NCBI GenBank assembly: GCA_037443035.1 | Contig: JBBIPC010000016.1 | Span: 1 to 61,731, forward strand | Reading direction: 5' to 3' | Origin: Chthonomonadales bacterium | Lineage (GTDB): Bacteria; Armatimonadota; Chthonomonadetes; Chthonomonadales; CAJBBX01 | Length of the DNA: 61,731 nt | In this document: piece after piece, positions 9,399 to 18,591 of the stretch | How positions within the stretch are numbered: position 1 is the stretch's first letter | Layout of the letters: each line of letters starts with the position of its first letter | Notes under the pieces: generated by a model | Told to the model about the DNA's origin: nothing | The model's database searches: none | Seen by the model: only the letters and a program-made list of their open reading frames with translations | Translations under genes and position numbers: made by a program

Positions 9399-10451
9399 TC
9401 ACTGGCCTCTGACCATACGAATGTACTCGCGAGCGACGCGCAGGTCCTCCATGGCTTCGTGAGCCTCGCACATGGGTGGCATGTCGCCCTTCACCGCTCG
9501 CACGAAGTTGATCGCCTGCTGGCGCATAGCGTGCACCCAGGGCAACTGGGGCACGATCGTCTCCGGCGTAATGCCGTTGCCGGGGTCGCGGAGGATCTCC
9601 ACACGGCCCGGCCTGTTGCACGCGAGAGGTGCTGGTAGTACCAGTTTAACGTAGCCGTGCTCGAAGGCCACCAGTGCGGACTCCTGCCAGTCGATCGTTG
9701 TCGTGTAAGGGGACATTTCGATCGTTCCACAAATGCCTGTTGCGCTTGTCACCGCAAGTAGAACGCCCGATGGATCGGCATAGGCGACGGAATAGGGCTC
9801 GCCAAGCAGGTGCCGCATGAGGTTGACCTGATGGATGTAATAGTTGACGAACGCGGTGTAGGCTTCGAACGTCTCCTTATCCATGTCGGATGCAGGGGAT
9901 TCCCACTCGAGAGGCGGCAAGGGCTCGTCGGAGCCGATGAGGTCCGTGAAGCCTCCTGCCACCCAGTCGCCTGCCGGCATGAGGATGCGTACATAGCGCA
10001 GTCTTCCGAGTTCCCCAGACGCTTTCAGGCGCTCGATCTCCTGCTTAGCGTACATGGTCGCTGGGTCGCTTCGCTTGTGATAGCCAACCATCTGCCAGAT
10101 ACCCGCTCGGTCCAGCGCCTCCAGCACTTTCTCGCCGGCTTCGATACTGCCGGCCAGCGGTTTCTCCGTGAAGATCGGCACGCCCGCTTTGGCCAGGTCT
10201 GGCACAAGCACTCCGTGCCGCGTGAAAGGCTGGGACGCGACGATGGCATCCAGCTTCTCCGATGCCAGCATCTCCTCCGCCGTCCGGTAGACCCTCGGCA
10301 CTCCGTAACGCTCGGCGACGCGACGGCCTAGCTCCGGCCGCAGCTCAGCAAGCGCCACCACCTGGCAATCCGGCAGCGTGACGTAGTTCCGAAGATGGGC
10401 GCACTGCCCCATGCCGCCCACTCCGACGAAACCAATCCGCGGTCGGTCCAT
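9399..10451 (-). CDS. Gfo/Idh/MocA family oxidoreductase
   Basis: IGFVGVGGMG Rossmann motif, EKP, VGYHKR, IHQVNL. Confidence 0.85.
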   Translation of the reverse strand: MDRPRIGFVGVGGMGQCAHLRNYVTLPDCQVVALAELRPELGRRVAERYGVPRVYRTAEEMLASEKLDAIVASQPFTRHGVLVPDLAKAGVPIFTEKPLAGSIEAGEKVLEALDRAGIWQMVGYHKRSDPATMYAKQEIERLKASGELGRLRYVRILMPAGDWVAGGFTDLIGSDEPLPPLEWESPASDMDKETFEAYTAFVNYYIHQVNLMRHLLGEPYSVAYADPSGVLLAVTSATGICGTIEMSPYTTTIDWQESALVAFEHGYVKLVLPAPLACNRPGRVEILRDPGNGITPETIVPQLPWVHAMRQQAINFVRAVKGDMPPMCEAHEAMEDLRVAREYIRMVRGQ

Positions 10452-10645
10452 AGATTGCTTCCCCCCCGATCATCCTCCGTAGCGCAATGGCTTGCCGCAC
10501 GGTCCGAACGTCGAAGTTCGACAGGCGAGTTCTTATTCCTGCACTTGTCAACGACACTGTGCAAGGCATCTGCAGGACGCATGGCCGCGGACGGCGAACC
10601 GAAATGCATACAAGACCGGCAAGAGCCAACCAAGGAGATCCAAGC

Positions 10646-11506
10646 GTGCGAGTACTGGTCACCGGCAGCGCAGGGAGAATCGGCGTCGAGGTCGTTCGTG
10701 ATCTTACATCCCGTGGATACGTGCTTCGTACGTTCGATCGGCAAGCCGCGCCGCCGGAAGCCTGCGTGGATCACTGCCCAGGCGACGTGCGCGATGTCCT
10801 CGATGTACGCCGATCCGTGCAGGGCATGGATGCGGTCGTCCATCTGGCCGCCGTGCCCAACGATCGGCGAGGTGGAGCGGATGACGTGCTCGCCACGAAC
10901 GTCCAGGGAACCTGGAATGTCCTGCTGGCGTGCCAGGAAGCGGGAGTCAAGCGCGTCGTTCTCATGTCGAGCATCAACTCGCTGGGCAACTTCGGAGGCC
11001 ACAAACCCTCTGCCTACCTGCCCATTGACGACGCCTATCCCCATCATCCCATGACGCCCTACCAGATGTCGAAGCACCTTGCCGAGGAGCTATGCCGGAT
11101 GTTCAGTCACGCCCACGGAATGATCACCATCTGCCTCCGTCCGGTAGGAGTGACGTTCCCTGACCAGTACGTGCGCTGGCGGGAGCATCGGAGCTCATGG
11201 CGCCGGGAGTGGGGAAGAATCGACTACTGGTCTTACGTCGACGTGCGGGATGTATGCGAGGCCGTCGCACGAAGCCTGGAGGCAGACCATATTCAGCACG
11301 ACTGCTTCATTCTTGCAGCACCTGATACCTTCAGCGAGACCCCGACGGCCGAGCTCATCGCTGAACACTACCCCGACACGCCGTGGAATGTAGATCGGGA
11401 CGAGTTTCTCGCTCGGTCGCCGTACATCAGCGTACTGGACTGCAGCCATATCGAGAACGTGCTAGGGTGGAAACCCATGCGATCATGGCGGGAGTTTGTG
11501 GAATGA
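10646..11506 (+). CDS. NAD-dependent epimerase/dehydratase (uronate dehydrogenase-like)
   Basis: VLVTGSAGRIG, VHLAA, NVQGTWNV and YQMSK (YxxxK). GTG 10646 follows AAGGAG. Confidence 0.85.
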   Translation: MRVLVTGSAGRIGVEVVRDLTSRGYVLRTFDRQAAPPEACVDHCPGDVRDVLDVRRSVQGMDAVVHLAAVPNDRRGGADDVLATNVQGTWNVLLACQEAGVKRVVLMSSINSLGNFGGHKPSAYLPIDDAYPHHPMTPYQMSKHLAEELCRMFSHAHGMITICLRPVGVTFPDQYVRWREHRSSWRREWGRIDYWSYVDVRDVCEAVARSLEADHIQHDCFILAAPDTFSETPTAELIAEHYPDTPWNVDRDEFLARSPYISVLDCSHIENVLGWKPMRSWREFVE

Positions 11507-12432
11507 ACGAAGATTCCCTGAAACTCGGCATCATCGGATGCGCCGAAGGGACTCACGGCAAGGTTTGGGGAGAACTCCTGGCGAAGCCGGAGGGAGCCGC
11601 CTACGGCATGCGCCCGGTCAAGGTCTGGGACGCTCACCCCGAAGCGGCTCGTGCCCTGGCGGCGGTCACAGGAGCTGAAGTGGTGCGTCACCCGGCCATG
11701 ACGGGAGAAGGTACCGACGGGGTTATGGTCACGGAGCTGATGCCTTACCGATACCTGGAGCTTGCCCGCCCGCTGTTGCAGAAAGGAATGCGCCTGTTCC
11801 TGAATCGGCCGTTCGCTGGCAGTGTGGAGGACGCTCACGAAATAGTACGTCTCGCCGACCGTCATGGCGCCCGCATCTACTCGGCATCCGCTCTGTATCA
11901 CACCACGGAGTCCGCCCGTGGGAAGGAGGAGCTGCAGCGCATCCAGCCTCTCCGCCTCTTCAACGTCACAGGTCCATCGGATCACATCACGTTCTATCTA
12001 CCCCACGCCATCGCGGCCATGGTCAGCGTGCTTGGCACGGGAGTGGCTCGTCTGCGGAGCCTGTGCCTCCGGACACGGCCCGAAGACCCCCAGCACGCCA
12101 CGGCCCCGGTCGTCGTGTATCTCGAGTATGCGGACGACTCCGCCGTCGGACCTGCCGTGGGAACGATCCAGATGATCGGCCCAGGCGCCTCCTGGTACGG
12201 GTTCTCCATGAGCATGTTCGGTGCCCACGGAGAAGCTCAAGAGATACGATTCGGCGTCACCTACGAGCACCTGCTCCACGCCATGGCCCGGTTCTTCCGG
12301 ACCGGTGAAGAGCCCGTACCGCGCGACGTGATCCTCGAAAAGACCTGTATCTTCTACGCTGCGCGCACGTCGGCCCGCAAACATGGTGCTTCCGTGGACG
12401 TGCGAGCACTTCTCAAGGGAGAAGGTCGCTGA
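11503..12432 (+). CDS. Divergent Gfo/Idh/MocA-like oxidoreductase
   Basis: LKLGIIG, LFLNRPFA (in place of EKP), YSASAL and FYLPH. ATGA overlap with the upstream stop. Confidence 0.7.
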   Translation: MNEDSLKLGIIGCAEGTHGKVWGELLAKPEGAAYGMRPVKVWDAHPEAARALAAVTGAEVVRHPAMTGEGTDGVMVTELMPYRYLELARPLLQKGMRLFLNRPFAGSVEDAHEIVRLADRHGARIYSASALYHTTESARGKEELQRIQPLRLFNVTGPSDHITFYLPHAIAAMVSVLGTGVARLRSLCLRTRPEDPQHATAPVVVYLEYADDSAVGPAVGTIQMIGPGASWYGFSMSMFGAHGEAQEIRFGVTYEHLLHAMARFFRTGEEPVPRDVILEKTCIFYAARTSARKHGASVDVRALLKGEGR

Positions 12433-12433
12433 C

Positions 12434-13528
12434 ATGGCACGAGGCTATGTCACCAATGAGCGTATCGAGTACACGGACGCCGTGACAGGCGCCAGGATCA
12501 TCCAGCTCACGAGCTATCCTTCTCCAGCGGTACCTCTGTTCTACGCCAACATGAACTTCACGCCGGATAGCCAGCAGCTCCTCCTTCTCTGTCAGAGGGC
12601 TGCCTGCCGGACAGCACCGTGGGACCTCTGGAGTGTCCGCGTGGACGGCTCGGAGCTGCGGCAGATGACCGACGCCGACGGCTGCGGAGGATTCGTGCTC
12701 AGCCCAGATGGCGTTGCCGTCTACTTCCATCGGGACGGCGCTGTGTGGCGCCTCGACATGGGGAACCTCTCCGAGGAGCGGGTGGCCGAGCTAGGACCAG
12801 GGACAAGTGCCGGCGCGGGCTTCGTGTCTCCGGACGGCTGCTACTACTTCACGGCTAGTTACACGCCAGGCAACAGCGGGCGACTCTTGGATGGTCGCGG
12901 CCCGGTCGTCTACCGCGTACGCACCGATGGTTCCGAGGTTGTGTGCCACATGCCTGCGGAGGATGAGCCCTGGATTCTCCATTCCGTTTCACCCGGCGGC
13001 CATGGCCTGCTAGCCATCGCCCCCAGACCTTCTGGCAAGGAATACCGACTCCTGGACTACGATTTTGAGACGGTCGGCGTCTACACCCGGTCGTTCGACT
13101 TCGCCCACTCTACCTTCCTGGGCCGAACTGCCGAGATCCAGGGCTGCGGTCTGCCACCAGAGCATGCGCTCTTTCGTCTGCATCCCGACGAGGAGCGACC
13201 ACGTACCATCGCCACAGGACCCTACTTCTGGCACAGCGCTTCCTCCCTGGACGGCGCATGGATCGTGGCTGATACGAACTGGCCTGACGTCGGTCTCCAG
13301 TTGGTTCACGTGCCTACCGGACGGTTTGGCGTCCTCTGTCTGCCGCGCTCCAGCCAAGGACATCCTCAATGGAGCCACCCTCATCCTCAGTTCAGCCCTG
13401 ATGGAGGATGCGTGATCTTCACCTCCGATGCTACAGGCATTCCGCAGGTCTATCTGGTCCGAGTATCGGAGGAGATTCGCCAGCGTATCGAAAGCGGCCA
13501 GCTCTCCGTTACCTCGCGCCACCGTTAG
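12434..13528 (+). CDS. Oligogalacturonate lyase (PL22/Ogl)-like beta-propeller protein
   Basis: YTDAVTGARIIQLT N-terminus, repeated (F/L)SPDG, FWHS..DGAWIVADT and HPHPQFSPDG..VIFTSD. Confidence 0.75.
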   Translation: MARGYVTNERIEYTDAVTGARIIQLTSYPSPAVPLFYANMNFTPDSQQLLLLCQRAACRTAPWDLWSVRVDGSELRQMTDADGCGGFVLSPDGVAVYFHRDGAVWRLDMGNLSEERVAELGPGTSAGAGFVSPDGCYYFTASYTPGNSGRLLDGRGPVVYRVRTDGSEVVCHMPAEDEPWILHSVSPGGHGLLAIAPRPSGKEYRLLDYDFETVGVYTRSFDFAHSTFLGRTAEIQGCGLPPEHALFRLHPDEERPRTIATGPYFWHSASSLDGAWIVADTNWPDVGLQLVHVPTGRFGVLCLPRSSQGHPQWSHPHPQFSPDGGCVIFTSDATGIPQVYLVRVSEEIRQRIESGQLSVTSRHR

Positions 13529-13565
13529 ATCGTTACCCTCTCGAGGCGCCATCGCGCGGCGCTGC

Positions 13566-13759
13566 GCCCCGCCGGGGATTGAGTAGAGGCTTGCGCAGGT
13601 ACTGACTTTGCGGCTTCCGCTGCTGGTGCTTGTCGGCTGAAGTGCACGTTCGCAAGCCTCGTATCGAAATCCAAGGCGGGCGACGGATGGTGCACTTCTT
13701 GCCCGCCCCGGGGTTTCGACATGTCCCGATGGCCATCGGGACTACTCAACCGCCGGGGC
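13566..13759. repeat. Nested inverted-repeat (REP/REPIN-like) structured element
   Basis: TTGAGTAG (13579-86) pairs with CTACTCAA (13742-49); GAGGCTTGCG pairs with CGCAAGCCTC; TCGAAATCC pairs with GGGTTTCGA; perfect 20-bp palindrome GTCCCGATGGCCATCGGGAC at 13723-42. Confidence 0.65.
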
Positions 13760-14204
13760 TGCGTGGTCGCCACGTACGCCGGAGGTGCGTCGCAAGAAGC
13801 GACGGCTATACGCTGCGCGTGCTATCGCCAGGGGCGATGAGGTTGCCGATGGGTCGTACGCCGCGCGTCGTTACGGCCGCAGGCCGTGTAGCCGCGGCTT
13901 CTCGCCGCGCCATGTCGGTAACCCAATCGTCTGATCACCCTGCACCTCGATAATCCAGCAGAGCGCTTGAATGCCGACTACCCCGATCCTCCGTCAGACA
14001 TCTCCGCATTTCTCCTTCTCCATTTCCGTTGCACAGAAGAATGTCTGTTCGACATGCCGGCCATCTCGTCGCTTTGAAGGTGAAGGTATGCACTCCGGCA
14101 AAGGCGGCGTGTTCCGGCGAGCCGTCGGCCGTTTGTGTGAGATCGTCAAGAGGTATCCGCGACCGGTCCTGACTCAGGCTGCAGCGGGACCGCGGGGGGA
14201 GCGG

Positions 14205-14224
14205 TGCTATAATGCCAGCAGGAG
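14205..14224 (+). promoter_or_regulatory. Extended -10 promoter TGCTATAAT and AGGAG RBS of alaS
   Basis: Perfect TGnTATAAT at 14205-14213, AGGAG at 14220-14224, ATG at 14234. Confidence 0.65.
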
Positions 14225-14233
14225 CCACATTGC

Positions 14234-16942
14234 ATGCACTCGTCCGACCTGCGCAACCTCTACGTGGATTTCTTCAAAGAAAAGGGGCATCTGCATCTAC
14301 CGAGTGCCCCTCTCGTGCCCATCGACGCCCTTGGAGTGGAGGACCGTTCCACCCTGTTCACCAGTGCCGGCATGCAGCAGTTCAAACCCTACTTCACCGG
14401 AGAGGCCGTGCCGCCGTGTCGGAGGATCACGACCGTCCAGAAGTGCGTCAGAACCGGTGACATAGACAGCGTCGGTGATTTCTCCCATTGCACGTTCTTC
14501 GAGATGCTGGGCAACTTCAGCTTTGGCGACTACTTCAAGGCCGAGGTCATCCCCTGGACCTGGGAGTTCCTCACAGAGCGGCTCCAACTGGACCCAGACC
14601 GTCTCTGTGTCACAGTGTACGAGGACGACGACGAGGCGTACGAGATCTGGCACCGGGCTGTTGGGCTTCCCCACGATCGTATACATCGCCTGGGTGGGGA
14701 CAAGAACTACTGGCCTGCCAATGCCGTCACCGAAGGGCCGAACGGCCCGTGCGGACCTTGCACTGAGGTGTTCTACAGGGTCGCGGCCGAAAGCGAGATG
14801 AATCGCGACTCTTCCCTGACTCCCACCGAGCGCTTCAAGCTCGACGACGATGCGGGACGTTGGCTAGAGATCTGGAACAACGTCTTCACTCAGTACAACC
14901 GCTCGGAAGACGCGGATGGAACGCCACGCTTGGACCCGCTTCCGAGCAAGAATAACGACACAGGCGCTGGCTTCGAGCGTATCGTCTGTATCCTACAGGG
15001 CGTAACGAGCGTTTTCGACTCGGACTTGTTCGTTCCCGCGATCCAGCGTATCGAGCACCTCTGCGGCAAGCGATACGGCGGTACGATGAGCAAGGAGGAC
15101 TTCGCTTTCCGGGTGGTGGCCGAGCATGCTCGCGCCGCGGCTTTCTGCATCGCGGACGGTGTGCTGCCGCTGAACGAGGGACGAGGCTACGTCCTGCGGA
15201 GGATCATGCGGCGCGCGATCCGATTCGGCAGAAACGTATTGGAGTTGGACCGGCCTTTCCTGCACGAGGTAGCACCCGCAACGATCGAAATCATGGGCGG
15301 CATCTATCCGGAGCTACGGGAGCGCCAGGCACATATTCTCGCCACGATGCAAAGCGAGGAGGAACGATTCCGGCGTACGCTGGATCAGGGTGTGCAGCGC
15401 TTCTTCGAAGTCGTGGAGTCCGTGCGCGATCGTGGAGAGGGAGGTGTGGTGTCGGGGAAGGATGCGTTCACCCTCCATGACACCTACGGTTTCCCGCTGG
15501 AACTCACCGAGGAACTCGCGCGAGAGCAAGGGCTCAGCGTTGATGTCGAAGGATTCCGAGCTGCCATGGAGGAGCGTCGGCGGCTCTCCCAGGAGACGTC
15601 GGGCATTGACCGCGATGTCTTCCGGAGTATTGGCGAGGCGTTGGGCGAGTTGCAGCGAAGTGGTTTCGAGACGCAGTTCGTGGGCTATAGCACCCTCGAG
15701 GTGGAAGGGGCCCGCGTCATCGCGATCATCCGGGATGGCCAGTTGGTGGACTTCGCCAAGACGCCGGCAGAGGTGGAGGTGGTGCTGGACCAGACCCCGT
15801 TCTACGCCGAGTCTGGTGGCCAGGTCGGGGACACGGGCACCATCGTTGGCGACAACGGCCTGCACGCAGAGGTCACCGACACATACAAGGTCGTCGGCGT
15901 CTGGCTCCACCGGACGCGGATCCGCCATGGAGAGCTGAGCGTTGGTGCGGCGGTCCAGGCGTCGGTGGATGGAACACGTCGGTTGAGCATCTTGCGCAAT
16001 CACACGGCCACCCATCTGCTCCATGCGGCCCTGAGGCAGGTGCTGGGAGCGCACGTCCACCAGCAAGGGTCCCTGGTGGCGCCGGACCGGCTCCGCTTCG
16101 ACTTCACTCATACGCATCCAGTTACACGCGAGCAGCTTCGGCGAGTCGAAGATATCGTGAATCAGCGGGTCCTGGATGATCTGGAGGTAGTCATCACTCC
16201 AAGCGTACCCATCGAAGAGGCGCGGCGGCGGGGCGCCATGGCGCTCTTCGGCGAGAAGTACGGTTCCACAGTGCGCACCGTAGAGGTCCCCGGCTTCAGT
16301 CTGGAGCTATGCGGTGGCACGCATCTGCAGCGCACGTCCCAGGTAGGGTTGTTCAAGATCCTCTCCGAGAGCGGGATTGCCGCAGGTGTGCGGCGCATCG
16401 AGGCCGTCACCGGCCTTGGCGCATGGCGACACGTGCAAGATCTGGAGGATCGCCTCCGCGCCGTGGCCGAAGTGCTCGGTTCTCCGGAGCGACAGGTGGA
16501 GCAGGCAGCGACGCGCCTCGTGACGCAGCGAAAGGATCTCGAACGGCAATTGCAGCAGCTTCGTCGTGCGGGCGCCGCAACGGATGCCGTGAGAGTCAAC
16601 GAGGTGAACGGTGTGCGCGTGGCCACAGCGCGGTGTTCCGATCCCGACGCTGACACGCTAGGGGCCATGGTGGATCGGATTGTGCAGCAGCATAAATCGG
16701 TGGTGGCGGTGGTAGCCGGAGCCGATTCGCGTAGAGTGCTGTTCGTAGCCAAAGCGAGCCGTGACCTGGTGAGCCAAGGGATCCACGTTGGCAATCTCAT
16801 CCGCGAGGTGGCCTCGATCGCAGGCGGCGGAGGCGGAGGCCGTCCCGACTTCGCTCAAGCAGGCGGCAAGAATCCTGAAATGGTGGACACCGCCCTAGAC
16901 AGGGTGGCATCGCTCGTTGCGGCTCAGATTGGGGACAAGTGA
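14234..16942 (+). CDS. alaS: Alanine--tRNA ligase
   Basis: LFTSAGMQQFKPYF, HCTFFEMLGNFSFGDYFK, GPCGPCTE, NHTATHLLHAAL, ELCGGTH and GGGGGRPDFAQAGG motifs. Confidence 0.98.
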   Translation: MHSSDLRNLYVDFFKEKGHLHLPSAPLVPIDALGVEDRSTLFTSAGMQQFKPYFTGEAVPPCRRITTVQKCVRTGDIDSVGDFSHCTFFEMLGNFSFGDYFKAEVIPWTWEFLTERLQLDPDRLCVTVYEDDDEAYEIWHRAVGLPHDRIHRLGGDKNYWPANAVTEGPNGPCGPCTEVFYRVAAESEMNRDSSLTPTERFKLDDDAGRWLEIWNNVFTQYNRSEDADGTPRLDPLPSKNNDTGAGFERIVCILQGVTSVFDSDLFVPAIQRIEHLCGKRYGGTMSKEDFAFRVVAEHARAAAFCIADGVLPLNEGRGYVLRRIMRRAIRFGRNVLELDRPFLHEVAPATIEIMGGIYPELRERQAHILATMQSEEERFRRTLDQGVQRFFEVVESVRDRGEGGVVSGKDAFTLHDTYGFPLELTEELAREQGLSVDVEGFRAAMEERRRLSQETSGIDRDVFRSIGEALGELQRSGFETQFVGYSTLEVEGARVIAIIRDGQLVDFAKTPAEVEVVLDQTPFYAESGGQVGDTGTIVGDNGLHAEVTDTYKVVGVWLHRTRIRHGELSVGAAVQASVDGTRRLSILRNHTATHLLHAALRQVLGAHVHQQGSLVAPDRLRFDFTHTHPVTREQLRRVEDIVNQRVLDDLEVVITPSVPIEEARRRGAMALFGEKYGSTVRTVEVPGFSLELCGGTHLQRTSQVGLFKILSESGIAAGVRRIEAVTGLGAWRHVQDLEDRLRAVAEVLGSPERQVEQAATRLVTQRKDLERQLQQLRRAGAATDAVRVNEVNGVRVATARCSDPDADTLGAMVDRIVQQHKSVVAVVAGADSRRVLFVAKASRDLVSQGIHVGNLIREVASIAGGGGGGRPDFAQAGGKNPEMVDTALDRVASLVAAQIGDK

Positions 16943-16963
16943 CATGTGGCAGGTGGATGCGAA

Positions 16964-18496
16964 GTGATTGACGTCCAGGTCTCGAGCACTGATGTCGTCA
17001 TCGAACCGGGCAAGACCGCCCAGCTCGACGTCAACATCACCAACAAACAGGACGCGGAAGATCACGTTGCCATTGAAATCGAGGGTATTGACGTTGAGTG
17101 GTACGCGATTCCCGTGCCTTCCCTCACCATCGAGCCTGGCGGCACGCGCACAGCGCGTGTGCTCTTCCGGGTGGGCCGATCGTCCGACGTAGCGGCTGGC
17201 ACCTATCCATTCATCGTGCGCGCACGAGGCATGGAGAGCGGGGAAAGCGGTCTCCAGCAAGCCACGCTCACAGTGAAGCCGTTCGCGGCTCTGGAGCTCG
17301 ACCTAGAACCGAAGCGCGCGACCTCGACCATGTTCTATCGAGCGCCGGTCTACGATATTCGCGTTACGAATCTGGGCAACTGCGAGGAAACGCTCGAACT
17401 CACTGCTGGTGATGATGAGAATCACTGCGCCTACGAGTTCGAGCGGGACCGAGTGACCCTGAAGCCGGGCCAATCCGTGACCGTCCAACTGGCTGTCGAG
17501 CCCCGTTCCAGGCCGATAATCGGCTCGACGCACCTGTATCAGTTCACCGTCACCGTCACCTCGTTGAGGGACCGCTACGTCACAACCGCCGTGAGCGGGC
17601 AGTTAGAGCGCCGTGCTGTCCTCTCGACGGTGTTGGCGACGGCACTGCTCATCGTTGCACTAGCCGCCGTGGGGTTCTGGATGCTCCGCCCCCGACCTGT
17701 GAACGTACGCATGTTCACCGCAGATCCGATGCAGGTTGTTGCCGGTGAGCCGGTGACTCTGGCCTGGGACATCGAGAATCTGGGCGAGGGAACGTACATC
17801 AGTCCGGGGAACCTGCCGGTACGGAGTTCCGTGGGCAGCGTCGTCGTTACGCCGCAGGAATCCACGGTCTACAAACTCACGGCGCGCGGAGGTGGTCGCA
17901 CCGTGACCCGAACGATTGCCGTGGTGGTAACCCCCAAGCCTCCGCCACCAAGAGCGCGTATCCTGGAGTTCCGGGCTGACCAAACCAAGATACATCAGGG
18001 AGACGTGGTCACGCTGGCATGGCGCGTGGAAGGCGCCACTCAGCTCGTGCTCAACCCCATCGGAACGCTCAATGCACGCATGGACCGCAGCCGACAGGTC
18101 ATGCCGGAGACCACCACTACCTATGTCCTGAGCGCTCAGGGCGAGGATGGCGATGTCGTTACCAAGACAGTCCAGGTGGAAGTCGTACCGCCTACCGTCT
18201 GCATCGCGGAAATCACAGCTTTCCGCGCTGACCCGCCTTCCATACCAGCGGGATCGCGGTCGGTGCTGAAGTGGAATGTCAAGAATGCCGCCGCTATCGA
18301 GTTGGACAACGGCATAGGAAGCCAGCTACCTGCCCGTGGTCAGTTCGAGGTGTCGCCTGCTACCACGACCACCTACACGCTTCGCGCATCCGATAACAAG
18401 GGCAACACGGTCTCTCGGCAGGTCACTGTCACCGTGACAGAACCGGAACCCACCGGCCTGGAGGGCAACGCTCAGCCACCTGCTACAGTGCCGTAA
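16964..18496 (+). CDS. Single-pass membrane protein with two N-terminal COG1470/NEW3-like Ig domains and three C-terminal Ig-like repeats
   Basis: No signal peptide; one TM (VLATALLIVALAAVGFWML); three repeats of F.AD...I..G..V.L.W...P..TT.Y.L.A. Start taken as GTG 16964 (16946 is possible). Confidence 0.7.
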   Translation: MIDVQVSSTDVVIEPGKTAQLDVNITNKQDAEDHVAIEIEGIDVEWYAIPVPSLTIEPGGTRTARVLFRVGRSSDVAAGTYPFIVRARGMESGESGLQQATLTVKPFAALELDLEPKRATSTMFYRAPVYDIRVTNLGNCEETLELTAGDDENHCAYEFERDRVTLKPGQSVTVQLAVEPRSRPIIGSTHLYQFTVTVTSLRDRYVTTAVSGQLERRAVLSTVLATALLIVALAAVGFWMLRPRPVNVRMFTADPMQVVAGEPVTLAWDIENLGEGTYISPGNLPVRSSVGSVVVTPQESTVYKLTARGGGRTVTRTIAVVVTPKPPPPRARILEFRADQTKIHQGDVVTLAWRVEGATQLVLNPIGTLNARMDRSRQVMPETTTTYVLSAQGEDGDVVTKTVQVEVVPPTVCIAEITAFRADPPSIPAGSRSVLKWNVKNAAAIELDNGIGSQLPARGQFEVSPATTTTYTLRASDNKGNTVSRQVTVTVTEPEPTGLEGNAQPPATVP

Positions 18497-18591
18497 TACC
18501 TGGTGCCTACTGCGTAGAGTACTTGGAGCTGCGCCAGAGGTACGGTTGCCTTGGGTGCGGTTCCATCCATAGCAATCACGAAAGGAAACAC

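Noticed and set aside
13831..13900. GGCGATGAGGTTGCC resembling the 5' part of a fluoride riboswitch
   Set aside because: The downstream GCTGATGAC..CTAC half is missing and no relevant gene follows.
13810..14009. In-frame TGA at 13935-13937 as possible selenocysteine
   Set aside because: No redox motif, no recognisable SECIS and no homology for the read-through product.
13760..14233. T-box leader for alaS
   Set aside because: No T-box (AAGGTGGTACC-like) or terminator, and a strong -10 element sits only 20 nt from the start.
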